Assembly: GCA_963665115.1 (NCBI GenBank)
Contig: OY762007.1
Coordinates: forward strand, 4,544,001 to 4,608,000
DNA: 64,000 nucleotides
Source: an uncultured Rivularia sp.
GTDB taxonomy: Bacteria; Cyanobacteriota; Cyanobacteriia; Cyanobacteriales; Nostocaceae
Direction of reading: 5' to 3'
Below, piece after piece: positions 34,280 through 46,006 of the stretch. Made by a program: the position numbers and the translations under genes. The notes beneath the pieces were generated by a model. That model saw nothing but the letters and a program-made list of their open reading frames with translations, did not search any database and was not told the origin of the DNA. Positions within the stretch are counted from its first letter, which is position 1, and each line of letters begins with the position of its first letter.

Positions 34280-35186
34280 GGCTATTTAAATAATAATGGC
34301 GGAAGTTATGTTAACAATGTTAGCGATTCTAGACGCTTGCGAACCGTATGTCTCTATTTTCTATATTTGATTAAGAATTTTTACTTATACATAGATTTTT
34401 AAACCTGGCTATATATATTCTTCATTTACTTTTGTTTTATCGATAAACATTGCCTATACTTTTTGATACCTTCAAATCCAGCTTTATCTTCAGTAAAAAA
34501 TGCTAGCTGCCGTAGAAGTTAATTAATAAAATTGCTGTTATATCACAATTGTGAATTGATAGATATACAACTAACAAAGTAATATTTATTAAAAAATTAT
34601 TAAAAAAGTTCGCGTACTTCAAGTTGTAAACAATTATAATCTATTTTTGCTTTAGTCCTAAATATCTAACTAAACAACTAAGGGTTAGTTTCAAGATATT
34701 GTTATAATTGTGATTTATAATACTTTTCCAAACTCTAAAATAAAGAATTGTAATTTATAATACTTTTCCAAATAATTAGTTGAGAATAAATACTTGGATT
34801 ATCTTGAGTATTGATAAGAATAATTGTATCAAATATGACTATTTAAAAAGCAATAAAATGAATTAACTTATACATAAAGGTATCTTAAACGATTTTGGTT
34901 TGAATTGATTGTTGCTAGAACGGGAGTTCAAAAATTGCTTCGATAGTGATGACCAAATTAAAATATCAAACAAGCAAAAGCCTACTTATAAGCTTGATGC
35001 AGGATAAATAGAAAAACACTGCTGTTAACTAATAAGACGTAGAGTATGGTTTGACATATTTATCAATGACTTTTCAATGCGATTTTTTCTCTGTTCTACT
35101 TAAAACAATTAGTTTCAAAAAAACCGCTCAAAACACTCCCACAATTTGATACTCTAGCTTAAATACATGAGAATAAGTAAAAGCGC

Positions 35187-36351
35187 GTGGATATTCAAAT
35201 TGGGCGGGGAAAAACAGCCCGTAGGGCTTACGGCATAGATGAAATTGCTTTAGTGCCAGGTACAAGAACATTAGACCCAGCATTAGCAAATACGACATGG
35301 CGTATCGGTAATATTGAGCGAGAAATTCCGATAATCGCCAGTGCAATGGATGGTGTTGTTGATGTTCGTATGGCTGTATGTTTATCAGAAATAGGAGCAT
35401 TAGGAGTACTTAATTTAGAGGGAATCCAAACGCGGTATGACAATCCAGAACCAATTTTAGACCGCATCGCTGGGGTAAATAAAGATGAATTTGTACCCTT
35501 GATGCAAGAACTTTATGCAGAACCAATCAAGCCGGAATTGATCGGGCAGCGAATTCAAGAAATAAAATCGAGCGGTGGTATTGCCGCAGTTAGCGCGACT
35601 CCTGCTGCCGCTAGTAAGTATGGTTCGTTAGTAGCCGAAGCTGGAGCAGATTTGTTTTTTGTGCAAGCTACGGTGGTTTCTACGGCACATCTATCTCCTG
35701 AATCCATAACTCCTTTGGATTTAGCTGAGTTTTGCCGGGAAATGCCCATACCCGTAGCTTTAGGCAACTGTGTCAGCTACGAAGTCACTCTTAACTTAAT
35801 GAAAGCTGGTGCTGCTGCGGTATTAGTCGGAATTGGACCTGGTGCCGCCTGTACTTCCCGTGGAGTCTTGGGAGTAGGTGTTCCTCAAGCAAGTGCGATC
35901 GCCGATTGTGCGGCAGCCCGAGATGACTATTACCAGGAAACTGGAAATTACGTACCAGTAATTGCTGATGGCGGTTTAATCACTGGCGGCGATATCTGTA
36001 AATGTATTGCTTGCGGTGCAGATGGTGTAATGATTGGTTCTCCGCTCGCAAGATGTGCTGAAGCTCCTGGACGGGGCTATCACTGGGGCATGGCTACCCC
36101 ATCGGCTGTATTGCCTCGCGGTACTCGTATTAATGTTGGCACCACTGGTACTTTAGAGCAAATACTAACTGGCCCCAGCACAACTTGATGACGGTACTCA
36201 CAATCTTTTAGGCGCTTTAAAAACAAGCATGGGTACCCTTGGAGCAAAAAATCTAAAAGAGATGCAGCAGGTTGAAGTTGTTATTGCTCCATCACTATTG
36301 ACAGAAGGCAAAGTATATCAAAAAGCTCAACATTTAGGTATGGGTAAATAA
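35187..36351 (+). CDS. guaB: GuaB3-type IMP dehydrogenase-related protein; +1 frameshift at 36173-36176
   Basis: GIGPGAACTSR and IADGG motifs. Removing one C gives GPAQLDDGTHNLLGALKTSMG...HLGMGK* ending at 36351. Confidence 0.9.
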
Positions 36352-36555
36352 AGGAATTGAGTTCAAAGATATAAGGTATGAGAAATATGCAATAGTTAAC
36401 GATTGCTTGGGATATGACTATTATTCAAAAAAACCATCAATCGTTAACTATTTTCAATTCAATACAGCTAGATGTCCAACATATTCTTAAAGAATTTTTT
36501 CCTTACTTTTAAACTATGACTGGAAAAATCGCATATGTCGCCTACAATAGAAATA

Positions 36556-36622
36556 GCGGAGACGCATGTTTCCGTTCACTCCTCACACCACACTCCGCCC
36601 GGACTATTGTTCGGGCGGTTCC
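36556..36622 (+). ncRNA. yfr1: Yfr1 small RNA
   Basis: GCGGAGAC..GTTTCCGT hairpin, invariant ACTCCTCACAC motif and CCGCCCGGAC..GTTCGGGCGG terminator; canonical position between guaB and trxA. Confidence 0.93.
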
Positions 36623-36746
36623 TTATGTCTTGGAATAAATTTTCACTCTACTCTGTAAATGTATATTCCAAATGCCAAGGCAGTGGTTTTTGCTGTGGTA
36701 GAATTTCACAAAAATCAAAAACATCTGAATTATAAGGTTTTAAGGC

Positions 36747-37070
36747 ATGTCATCAGCCACACAAGTTACAGACTCCAGTTTTAAGCAGGAAGTACTCGAT
36801 AGCGAAGTTCCTGTGCTAGTTGACTTTTGGGCACCCTGGTGTGGTCCGTGTCGCATGGTAGCCCCCGTCGTGGACGAAATTTCCTCACAATACGAGGGTC
36901 AAATTAAAGTTGTAAAAGTTAACACAGACGAGAATCCTAACGTTGCTTCTCAATACGGTATCCGCAGTATTCCCACATTAATGATTTTTAAAGGTGGGCA
37001 AAAAGTTGATATGGTCGTTGGCGCAGTTCCCAAAACTACATTAGCCAATACTTTAGAGAAGTATCTTTAA
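36747..37070 (+). CDS. trxA: Thioredoxin (m-type)
   Basis: WCGPC active site. Confidence 0.97.
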   Translation: MSSATQVTDSSFKQEVLDSEVPVLVDFWAPWCGPCRMVAPVVDEISSQYEGQIKVVKVNTDENPNVASQYGIRSIPTLMIFKGGQKVDMVVGAVPKTTLANTLEKYL

Positions 37071-37118
37071 AAATTGATAAATAGAAGTTTATCAATTAAG
37101 TTAACTTAAAAATTCAAC

Positions 37119-37182
37119 AAACTAGGTTTATTATCTATTGAGTATCGGAATGCCTGATGCTCAATAGATAAACCTAGTTTTT
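37119..37182 (+). terminator. Long hairpin terminator after trxA
   Basis: AAACTAGGTTTA..TATCTATTGAG / CTCAATAGATAAACCTAGTTTTT. Confidence 0.7.
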
Positions 37183-37504
37183 CTATTAGTGCTAGCCAAA
37201 TGTTAATAACGAGTAGCACGTCTGTTTCAACCAGGACTTATACCAATTCTGGATGAGGCTGCGCTAAATCGCCCTCAAAATTACCATTACCTGAAGTCAG
37301 AGGCTTGAAGCGGCATTGCGGATACTTTTATATTTTTCTCCTTAAAAGAGAGGCTTGTATCCTTAATTAAACAATTCAAAATTAATTCTATTTGAATTTT
37401 GAATTTTGAATTCAAAAAATGATCAGCATATGGTTTGCTCACTTATTAACAAAAGTAAAGGGTTGCATTGGCAACCCTTTCTCAATAGATAAAAATTTCA
37501 AATT

Positions 37505-37966
37505 CTAAGACTGACCAGGTTTTTTCTTTTTCAATTTTTGTTTTCTTCGACGAGTTTGAGTAGCAACTACTGCGCGATCGAGTGGATAACCTACCACCGG
37601 AATCACCTGATATTTACGTTCTTCTTCAAACTTTCTAAGCGATCTATAATCAAGCCAGTGAATGCAATCTACAGGACAAGTATCAATCGCTTCTTGAATT
37701 ACTTCTTCTGAGTCTCCATCTTGACGCATAACGCGGGCACGCCCGTAATCGGATTCTATATAGAAAGTGTTACGAGCAACATGAGAACAGTGTTTGCAGC
37801 CAATGCAAGTAATCTCATCGACATACACGCCCTTTTGACGCAGCACACCGCCTAATTCCGGTTCAAAACCAGAACGTAGAGAGTCTTCCCTTAAAAAACC
37901 CCCTAATTCCGGTTCAAAACCAGAACGACTATCTCGATCATCGTTTGGCGGCGAAAAATCAGACAT
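37505..37966 (-). CDS. Ferredoxin (Fer4_13-like)
   Basis: CIGCKHC...CPVDCIHW; N-terminal RSGFEPELGG repeated twice. Confidence 0.88.
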   Translation of the reverse strand: MSDFSPPNDDRDSRSGFEPELGGFLREDSLRSGFEPELGGVLRQKGVYVDEITCIGCKHCSHVARNTFYIESDYGRARVMRQDGDSEEVIQEAIDTCPVDCIHWLDYRSLRKFEEERKYQVIPVVGYPLDRAVVATQTRRRKQKLKKKKPGQS

Positions 37967-38352
37967 TAAGCACTCCAGCGCTGTACTACTAAGCGAATTG
38001 AACCATCTTGATTCTGTTTCTGTTCGCTAACTTGAAAGCCAGCTTTCGCAGTCTCTTCAACTACCGTGCGGTAAGCATAACGCTGTGTAACTTGACGTAA
38101 GAAGCCTTCTACAGAAAGATTTTGTGCCCAGTACTGTAGATCGGCTACTAATTCGTATTCTTTACCATTCCACTTAAAGCCAATATCGTAGCCATTGTCT
38201 TGCTCGATCGCAATCTCAGCAGTATGGCTTATACCTTGATAGCCGCGCAAAGAATGGGAACCACCTTTCCATGCCACACCTAAATCGGTTAGAGCATTTT
38301 TCAAAGATTCAATATTACGAATTTGAGTCTTAATCTGGCTAAAATGTGACAT
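37966..38352 (-). CDS. DUF1257 (Ycf35-like) protein
   Basis: MSHFSQIKT, DIGFKWNG..YELVADLQYW and QRYA; TAATG coupling to the ferredoxin gene. Confidence 0.85.
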   Translation of the reverse strand: MSHFSQIKTQIRNIESLKNALTDLGVAWKGGSHSLRGYQGISHTAEIAIEQDNGYDIGFKWNGKEYELVADLQYWAQNLSVEGFLRQVTQRYAYRTVVEETAKAGFQVSEQKQNQDGSIRLVVQRWSA

Positions 38353-38397
38353 AATATCTTGTTAGCAGTGAGATTAAATGATTAAGTTGGTTGAAAA

Positions 38398-38622
38398 TTA
38401 CCAATTGCTGAATGTTGCTTGAGTATTCGCAACATCATTCTGAGAAAACACCTTGGCGGTGAAATATTCTGAGGTTTGCTCTTTTGTAAGCACAATTCCT
38501 AGCTGTGCTTCAATAGCAGCAGTAACTTCAGCGCAAGAAGCACCTATTATTCCAGTGACTTTCTCTTGTACTCTACCGTCTGGATAAATTATAAATTCTA
38601 ATGTCTCCATGCTTTCTATCAA
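38398..38622 (-). CDS. DUF2997 family protein
   Basis: LEFIIYPDGRVQEKVTGIIGASC...TSEYF. Confidence 0.85.
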   Translation of the reverse strand: MIESMETLEFIIYPDGRVQEKVTGIIGASCAEVTAAIEAQLGIVLTKEQTSEYFTAKVFSQNDVANTQATFSNW

Positions 38623-39296
38623 CCATGTTGATTAAAGTTTCTATATGTTGCTATGAAACCGAATATAAAATCCTGCTCCAAATCGCAACATTTTTCCTTA
38701 ACGAGAAATTTAGTCATTAATTAACTAATTTTCTCTGCTCTGAAATATTTTTATTTAAAAGCGTTACAAAACTTATTATGTTTAGTAGTGTTTACATCAA
38801 TTATATGTAAGTGTCTCTTAATGAAGCACATAAGTCAAGCTGAAAATTAAGCTCTTTAATACAATTATCTCGCAAGGCATAGAGTTGGGCTATGCCTCAA
38901 GGTATAAAAGAAATATATAGAACAGATGGATATAAAACCGATGATTATGATTGATTTATGTATATAAAGGTCGTAAAAAGCTTAATTATCGAATATTTAT
39001 CTAAAACTTTTAAGATAGTTCTCCAGACCATAAATAAAAAGAGAGTGGTGATGTTTCAAGCTTTGATAAACACCATCACTCTTTTTGAGACAGACTTAAA
39101 TGATATGGAAACTGTAGTCCGTAAAACAATAGACATTAAAAAATATTAAATAATATTTCTTTGAATAGTTAATCTGTACCTGAAATATAAATAATAATTA
39201 ATTATGAACTATTTTCATACAACTATAACAAAGGCTTTAGATTGCAATCATGTCTATATTTTCAACCATTTGTGAAAGTAAACTGAGAGATAATTA

Positions 39297-39850
39297 TTAA
39301 TAGCCTAATTGTTCTTCTTCTTTCCTTTCCTCCTCAAATACTAATTCCGAAGTTTGAATAATAAACGGACTCTCAGAACCTAGTAAACCGCGTTTAATTC
39401 GTTCTGAAGTTTCAGGAAAAACTACGAACAAAGGATATATGGTATTAATTCCTTCATTCAAAATATGGCTGTAACGAGGAGGCATAAACCACTCGTAATC
39501 TTTATCCAACCAAACTTGAGTTTGTCGCCATCTTCCTAGCAATTCAGAAAAATCCTCATCGGGGCGATGAATAAATACAAGAATTTCAATCCCCGTTTTA
39601 ATTTTCCATTCTGGATCGCACATCAATATTGCTAAATCGCAGGGTAAGCAAGTTGTCTGCGGTAAATCTTTTTCAGTTTTACGAATACGAATAATTGGTA
39701 GAGGAATTGTAACAAGACTTTCATCTGGACGACGCAAGCTCGGAAGCATTTCCAAATAAGGGGACGATGCTGTTTTAAAAGAGCAACAGCACTATAGCGA
39801 TCGCTATACTCCGCCAAGCTGATTTCGTATTGTGATTTTTGTACAGGCAT
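39297..39850 (-). CDS. Conserved cyanobacterial hypothetical protein; frameshift near 39760-39763
   Basis: ORFs 39632..39850 and 39297..39755 join as ALLKQHRPYLEMLPSLRRPDES across a C-run. Confidence 0.7.
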
Positions 39851-40011
39851 AAAGTAAGTTAGGAGTTAGGAGTTAGGAGTGTAGAGACGTAGCAGTGCTA
39901 CGTCTCTACAATTAGGAGTTAGGAGTTAAGAAAGAACAGTGAAGAATTAGGAGTTATTAATTAACTTTTTATTTGATGATTAATCATTGATAACTGTTCA
40001 CTGTTAACTGT

Positions 40012-41241
40012 TTAGCCTAATTCTTCAAATACAGCGAACATTGGTAGGTACATTGACAGCAAAATTACGGCAACCATACCACCAATAACTACAATCATTA
40101 CTGGTTCTAAAACACTAGTCATAGCTTTTACTGCTTGTTCAACTTCATCTTCATAAAAATCGGCAACTTTCATCAACATCCCATCTAATTCTCCCGTTTC
40201 TTCTCCAATACTCATCATTTGAATTGCCATAGGAGGAAAGCAATTTTCTTTTTGCAAAGCGAAACTAATCATTCCCCCTTGCTGTACTTCGTTCCTTGCA
40301 GAATCAATAGCGTTAGCAATTACCTGGTTTCCTGATGTATCTCGGACAATTTCTAAAGAGGTTAAGATTGGTACTCCGGAACGAGTTAAAGAACCAAAGG
40401 TACGGCTAAAACGAGCGATAGCTGATTTTTGAATTAAGTCACCAAATAAAGGTAGTTTTAAAGAAATAGCATCGATATTCAATGTGCCTACAGGAGTCTT
40501 ATAATACATATCAAAAGCTACTTTTGCTCCGACAACAATACCAATAAGAACAAAAAGTCTCCAGCTTGTAAGAACACCACTTATCCACAGCATAAACTGC
40601 GTTAAGGCTGGTAATTCCGTCCCCAAATCTTTGAATATATTGGCGAAAATTGGAATCAGAAAAATAGTCATTGCTAGAAAGATTATTACAGCCAAAGCAC
40701 CCACAACAGTCGGATAAGACATAGCCGATTTGATTTGGTTTTGCAGTCGAGCCGTATCTTCTAATAATTTTGCTAAACGGTTAAGAACTTCATCCAAAAC
40801 ACCCCCAACTTCACCAGCTTGAATCATACTCACATACAAGCCATCAAAACATTGGGGATGCTTCCGCATTGCATCGGAAAGATTAACACCATTTTGTACT
40901 TCACTACTAATATCTAATAGTGCATCTTTTAACTTTGGATTACCACATTGTTCGGAAAGTACTCCCAAACTTCTGACAATTGCAACCCCTGCATTTGTTA
41001 AAGCAGCAAATTGACGGGAAAAAATAGCTTTATCTTTAACTTCAACTTTAACAAGCTTATTTTGCAGTTTTGTTAAATCAAGAGCTCCAGCAAGATCGAA
41101 ACCTTTAAATTCTTTTAAATCCTGGATTACAAAGCCTTGTTGTCTTAACTCAGTGCGAGCATCTGATAAAGAGTTTGCAACAATTTTTTCTTGTTTAGGT
41201 TTCCCTTGTGAATCCCGAACGCTAGCAACGAAAGTTGGCAT
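40012..41241 (-). CDS. pilC: Type IV pilus platform protein PilC
   Basis: Two T2SSF domains, GEVGG and GEETGELD; in the pilB-pilT operon. Confidence 0.95.
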   Translation of the reverse strand: MPTFVASVRDSQGKPKQEKIVANSLSDARTELRQQGFVIQDLKEFKGFDLAGALDLTKLQNKLVKVEVKDKAIFSRQFAALTNAGVAIVRSLGVLSEQCGNPKLKDALLDISSEVQNGVNLSDAMRKHPQCFDGLYVSMIQAGEVGGVLDEVLNRLAKLLEDTARLQNQIKSAMSYPTVVGALAVIIFLAMTIFLIPIFANIFKDLGTELPALTQFMLWISGVLTSWRLFVLIGIVVGAKVAFDMYYKTPVGTLNIDAISLKLPLFGDLIQKSAIARFSRTFGSLTRSGVPILTSLEIVRDTSGNQVIANAIDSARNEVQQGGMISFALQKENCFPPMAIQMMSIGEETGELDGMLMKVADFYEDEVEQAVKAMTSVLEPVMIVVIGGMVAVILLSMYLPMFAVFEELG

Positions 41242-41357
41242 AATTTATATAGTGTAAATTCAAAAAATTAAAATCTTAATTTGTTCGATGAAAAAATACT
41301 TAGTAGTTAGTAATTGAAATAAAACTGAGAACTAACTACTAGTAGATTGCTTACAAA

Positions 41358-42464
41358 CTAACGTCTTACAGCAGCTTTACCATTTGTTGGTGCAGCACCA
41401 ATTAGACGCTGGATTTCATCCGGCTTGGAAGTTTTTGACATTGCGGCTTCAAAGGAAATGGTTCCTGCTTTGACATAATCAGCAAGAACTTTCTCTAAAG
41501 TTTGCATTCCTACTTTCGCACCAGTTTGAATTGATGAATAAATCTGAGCCGTTTTTCCTTCACGAATCATGTTGGAAATCGCGGGAGTAATAATCATGAT
41601 TTCTTGAGCCATTACTCGACCAAATTCATCCGGCTTGGGGTTTTTCTTGGGTACTAAAGTTTGGCTAAATACGGCAACTAAAGAGTTTGATAACTGTACG
41701 CGAACCTGAGTTTGTCTGTCAGCGGGGAAAACGTCGATGATTCTATCGACAGTTTGTGCTGCTGAAGAAGTGTGCAAGGTACCAAATACTAAGTGACCAG
41801 TTTCTGCTGCGGAGATCGCCAGAGCTATTGTGTCTAAATCTCGCATTTCTCCAATCAAAATAATATCCGGATCTTCACGTAAAGAACCTTTTAAAGCATT
41901 TGCAAAACTCTTTGTATCTTCACCCAGTTGACGTTGGTGAACGAGACTTTTAACTGGCTCGTAAACAAATTCAATCGGATCTTCAATTGTGAGAATATGT
42001 TCTGATTTTGTCCGGTTGATTAAGTCAATCATTGCCGCCAAAGTCGTTGTTTTACCGGAACCCGTGGGACCAGTTACCAATATCATTCCTTTGGGTTTGT
42101 CACACATTTCTCGAACAACATCTGGTAAACCCAATTTATCAAAGTTAGGAATTTTGGAACTTAATGCTCTTAAACAAGCAGCATAAGTACCGCGTTCTTT
42201 GTAAACGTTTACCCGGAAACGCGCCAATCCTTTAACACCGTAAGAACAATCCAACTCCCAATTTTGTTCGAGGATTTTACGTTGAGAGTTATTCAACATA
42301 CTAAAAATTAGTCTCTGACATTGATCTGCGCTTAAAGCTTCTTCTCCAATGGGTGTTAACTTACCGCTGATACGAAAATAAGGAGGTAAACCAGCGGATA
42401 AATGCATATCCGAACCTCCCATTTCAATCATTGTTTCCATCAAATCTTCGATCATCATTTCCAT
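41358..42464 (-). CDS. pilT: Type IV pilus retraction ATPase PilT
   Basis: GPTGSGKTT, LREDPD, GHLVFGTLH and AISNMIRE motifs. Confidence 0.95.
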   Translation of the reverse strand: MEMMIEDLMETMIEMGGSDMHLSAGLPPYFRISGKLTPIGEEALSADQCQRLIFSMLNNSQRKILEQNWELDCSYGVKGLARFRVNVYKERGTYAACLRALSSKIPNFDKLGLPDVVREMCDKPKGMILVTGPTGSGKTTTLAAMIDLINRTKSEHILTIEDPIEFVYEPVKSLVHQRQLGEDTKSFANALKGSLREDPDIILIGEMRDLDTIALAISAAETGHLVFGTLHTSSAAQTVDRIIDVFPADRQTQVRVQLSNSLVAVFSQTLVPKKNPKPDEFGRVMAQEIMIITPAISNMIREGKTAQIYSSIQTGAKVGMQTLEKVLADYVKAGTISFEAAMSKTSKPDEIQRLIGAAPTNGKAAVRR

Positions 42465-42561
42465 TTTTCTGCACCTTTTATTTGTTGACTATTGATAGTT
42501 GTTAATTGTTAGTCGTTAATATGAGCGAAACTTATAACTCTTAACTCCTAACTTGTATTAG

Positions 42562-44574
42562 TTAATCTTGAAAGCGAGATGTCATACAGTAAGGACAATC
42601 CAGCCATTCCGGCTGCAATTGAGCTTCACAATTTCGACAAGTTAAACCACTTTTACGCTTAGCTTTTAACTCTGCTTCCAAACCTGTATCGGTAAACGTT
42701 ACCCGCTCTACTTCTTCGAGGGTGGTAGCTCCTTGACGCACCAAATCTAAACTGTAAGCAAGCAGGGTTTTCATACCTTCTTCTACCGCTGCTTCTTTAA
42801 TTAATTCTGTTGGTGCTTCTTCGTTGATTAAAGCCTGGATGCGTTCGGTAATTCTCATTACTTCGTAAACACCGGAGCGTCCTTTGTAACCAATACCCCC
42901 GCATTTTTCACAAAGATTGTTATTAGCTTTCGCTTCTTGAACCTGCTCGATGCTGAGTGTATTAGCTTTATAGAAAGTTACATCGGCTTCCTGAGATGCC
43001 GACAAACCGTAACGCGCGAGTTCTTGCGGAGTAGGTGAGTATTCAATACGACATTCGTCACATACGCGACGCATTAAACGTTGTGCCAAAACTCCGAGTA
43101 GGGAACTGGAAATCATAAAAGATTCAATACCCATTTCTCCAAGACGGGCGATCGCACCGGGAGCATCGTTGGTGTGCAGGGTAGTTAATACCAAGTGACC
43201 CGTTAATGCTGCTTCAATAGCTGTTTTCGCCGTTTCTTTATCTCGGGTTTCTCCCACGAGCAATACGTCGGGATCTTGTCGCAAAAATGCCCGTAAGGCG
43301 GTACCAAAATCTAGTCCTTTTTCCCGAATTACCTGTACCTGAGTAATCCCCGGTAAACTATATTCCACCGGATCTTCTACAGTACTGATATTAATGTCGG
43401 GAGAATTTCGTTCGGCAAGGGCAGAATACAGAGACGTTGTTTTACCAGAACCAGTCGGTCCGGTAACAAGAATCAAGCCAAAGGGACGGCTGACCATCTC
43501 CTGAACAATTTGCAATGTTTCAGGGTCGGTAATTAATTTATCTAATCCCAATTGAGTGGAGGAGTTATCCAGAATTCGGAGTACTACTTTTTCTCCGTAA
43601 CGACTTGGTAATGTATTTACCCGGAAATCCACTTTGCGTCCTTCAAACATCCGCCGAATGCGTCCATCTTGGGGAAGACGACGTTCGGCGATATCCAAGT
43701 TGGCAACAATTTTGAAACGGGCTGTAATTGCTGGAATGATTTTTTTCGGTAAAGCATCAAAAGCCTCGCGCAATACACCATCCTTACGAAAGCGTATTCG
43801 TAAATTTTCCTCTTGAGGTTCGATATGAATATCCGAAACTGCTTCGTGTAACGCTTTGGCGAGAATTCTATTTACCAAGTTGATAATTGGCGCACCTTCA
43901 GCACCTTTCATCGCCGAACCTAAGTCAGCTTCTGCTTCTTCAGGAGCATCTTCGAGATCGAGATTATCAAGGTTTTCTAAATCTTGATTGATATCGGTAA
44001 ATTGTTCTTTTTCTATATGCTTCTGTTTGACAGCCATTTCATCCAAAAATTGGTTGATTAGCTGCTGATAATCCTCGCTGGCGATTACCATTCTTTGCAA
44101 ACTGAAGCCTTGCGGACGTAAAATCCGGTTCAAGTCGTCGGAAGCCTCCAGATTATCTGGATCTACCATCGCTATCAAAACATAGGGTGGATTTTCATCT
44201 TCATGTTTTGATAACGGGATTAAGCGATGGCGACGACAAACATCCACTGGGATCAGAGACTCGATTAAGCCCCCCACCGAAGTTGCACCTACGTCGCTAA
44301 CTTCAGGATCTAAGGATTCTACTCCATAAAGAATTTTTAGTTCAAAGAGCTGTTGCTTTTTATATTCGCGAAGTAGCTCTGGTGATAGCTGCCGCCCTGC
44401 AATCGATTCGATGACCTCGATTAAAGGTCTACCCGATTTGCGACTTTCTATAAGCGCTTGCTTCATCTGCCCGTTATCCACGAAGCCAGATTGAACAAGT
44501 TTGTTACCGAAAGGCGAAAATTCCGATTTAACGCTCAGAGCGGTACTACGTCTTTGTTGTGACGAGTAAGTCAT
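42562..44574 (-). CDS. pilB: Type IV pilus assembly ATPase PilB with C-terminal Cys4 motif
   Basis: GPTGSGKTT, RQDPD, GHLVLTTLH and C-terminal CRNC..CPYC; ATG at 44574 chosen. Confidence 0.95.
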   Translation of the reverse strand: MTYSSQQRRSTALSVKSEFSPFGNKLVQSGFVDNGQMKQALIESRKSGRPLIEVIESIAGRQLSPELLREYKKQQLFELKILYGVESLDPEVSDVGATSVGGLIESLIPVDVCRRHRLIPLSKHEDENPPYVLIAMVDPDNLEASDDLNRILRPQGFSLQRMVIASEDYQQLINQFLDEMAVKQKHIEKEQFTDINQDLENLDNLDLEDAPEEAEADLGSAMKGAEGAPIINLVNRILAKALHEAVSDIHIEPQEENLRIRFRKDGVLREAFDALPKKIIPAITARFKIVANLDIAERRLPQDGRIRRMFEGRKVDFRVNTLPSRYGEKVVLRILDNSSTQLGLDKLITDPETLQIVQEMVSRPFGLILVTGPTGSGKTTSLYSALAERNSPDINISTVEDPVEYSLPGITQVQVIREKGLDFGTALRAFLRQDPDVLLVGETRDKETAKTAIEAALTGHLVLTTLHTNDAPGAIARLGEMGIESFMISSSLLGVLAQRLMRRVCDECRIEYSPTPQELARYGLSASQEADVTFYKANTLSIEQVQEAKANNNLCEKCGGIGYKGRSGVYEVMRITERIQALINEEAPTELIKEAAVEEGMKTLLAYSLDLVRQGATTLEEVERVTFTDTGLEAELKAKRKSGLTCRNCEAQLQPEWLDCPYCMTSRFQD

Positions 44575-45117
44575 ATATTGAGATGATGGATGCTCCACCC
44601 ACAGGTACTATTTGAGTATTCCCAAGCTGGGGTGCAGAATTTTCATCTCAACCAAGAAATCTTAGTTAAAATTTTTTTTAACCGGATTAATTGCTGTCTA
44701 ATTCCTGTATTTGGCTGTGTTTCAAGAAGGAACGTTGGCTTAGATAATGGGATTAGGGCTAAAAATAATCTTGATATTGCTTGGGAATAAATCCTCGAAA
44801 AATCAGCATGAGCTAATCTCTACTTCTTTAAGGAAAGAAATTTCTACAACCAAACTTACAAATAAAAGTCATCTTGAGGCTCATTTTTGTCATAATCATG
44901 ACGGTAATACCACTTCGGTAGAACATTTCGGTTGGTCTTTATACACCGACGCTTCCCCTTGCAGTAATTAAATTTCTCAGCTGTTGTTTTATGAGGTAGT
45001 GAAAACTACCCTGTAAAGTATTCCTAATTGATTGGAAAATAATGGCTGGATGTTAACAATCAGAAGAAAACAACACAGCAGTGCCCCAACGGCTAACAAA
45101 CAGAGGTAAATCAAGTA

Positions 45118-45786
45118 ATGAACAGCGACTCTCCACAAACAAATTCCAACGGCGATGTAAACGAGCAAATCACAATTGAGGCGAACGTAGCAGACTCAGC
45201 TACGGTTAATGCAGAAGATGGAACAAGTGCAACCCAAACCACTACTCAAAGTAATGCTGGTGTTTCAGATACTGCTGAAATCAAGTCTTTAAAAGCGCAG
45301 TTGGATGAGCGCAGCAGTCAGTATATGCGGATTGCGGCAGATTTTGAGAATTTCCGCAAACGCACGCTTAAAGAAAAAGATGATTTGGAACTACAGGTGA
45401 AGCGCAACACGATTACAGAATTATTACCAATAATTGATAATTTTGAACGAGCGCGAGCGCAAATTAAACCTCAAAATGATGGGGAAATGGCGATTCACAA
45501 AAGTTATCAAGGCGTTTACAAACAGCTAGTAGACTGTCTCAAACGCTTGGGTGTTTCGCCAATGCGTCCCGAAGGTCAAGAGTTCGACCCTAACGAACAT
45601 GAAGCAGTTATGCGCGAACCTACGGATGAATATCCAGAAGGAACAGTGTTAGAAGAGTTAGTACGCGGATACTTTCTTGGCGATCGCGTGCTACGTCATG
45701 CAATGGTGAAGGTGGCTGCTCAGAATGAAGGTACTTCTTCTGGGGAGGACTCGCAGTCTGGGGAAGCAAGTACTTTAGATCTGTAA
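45118..45786 (+). CDS. grpE: Nucleotide exchange factor GrpE (true start may lie further upstream)
   Basis: [17 protein letters not shown] and GY...[10 protein letters not shown]. Confidence 0.95.
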   Translation: MNSDSPQTNSNGDVNEQITIEANVADSATVNAEDGTSATQTTTQSNAGVSDTAEIKSLKAQLDERSSQYMRIAADFENFRKRTLKEKDDLELQVKRNTITELLPIIDNFERARAQIKPQNDGEMAIHKSYQGVYKQLVDCLKRLGVSPMRPEGQEFDPNEHEAVMREPTDEYPEGTVLEELVRGYFLGDRVLRHAMVKVAAQNEGTSSGEDSQSGEASTLDL

Positions 45787-46006
45787 CCACTGACAGCTAA
45801 CCAAAACTGATGAACGATTAATTCTAATCGGGCGAGCATCGCATCCCAATTTATCAACGATTACCACTACCGCGCTTTTTATTATCAACGATTAGGGATG
45901 AACAGTTTTCTATAAACTACGTTGTTTTATTAAGGAAAACTGTTCCCCATAAATCGTTGTTTAAATTACAGCCTTATAGAAATAATCAGTAAAAATACCG
46001 ATAGTT

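Noticed and set aside
34706..34772. Two 27-bp repeats as a mini-CRISPR
   Set aside because: Only two copies, a 13-nt spacer, and no palindrome or typical repeat end.
44600..46006. CIRCE/HrcA operator upstream of grpE or dnaK
   Set aside because: No TTAGCACTC-N9-GAGTGCTAA match seen.
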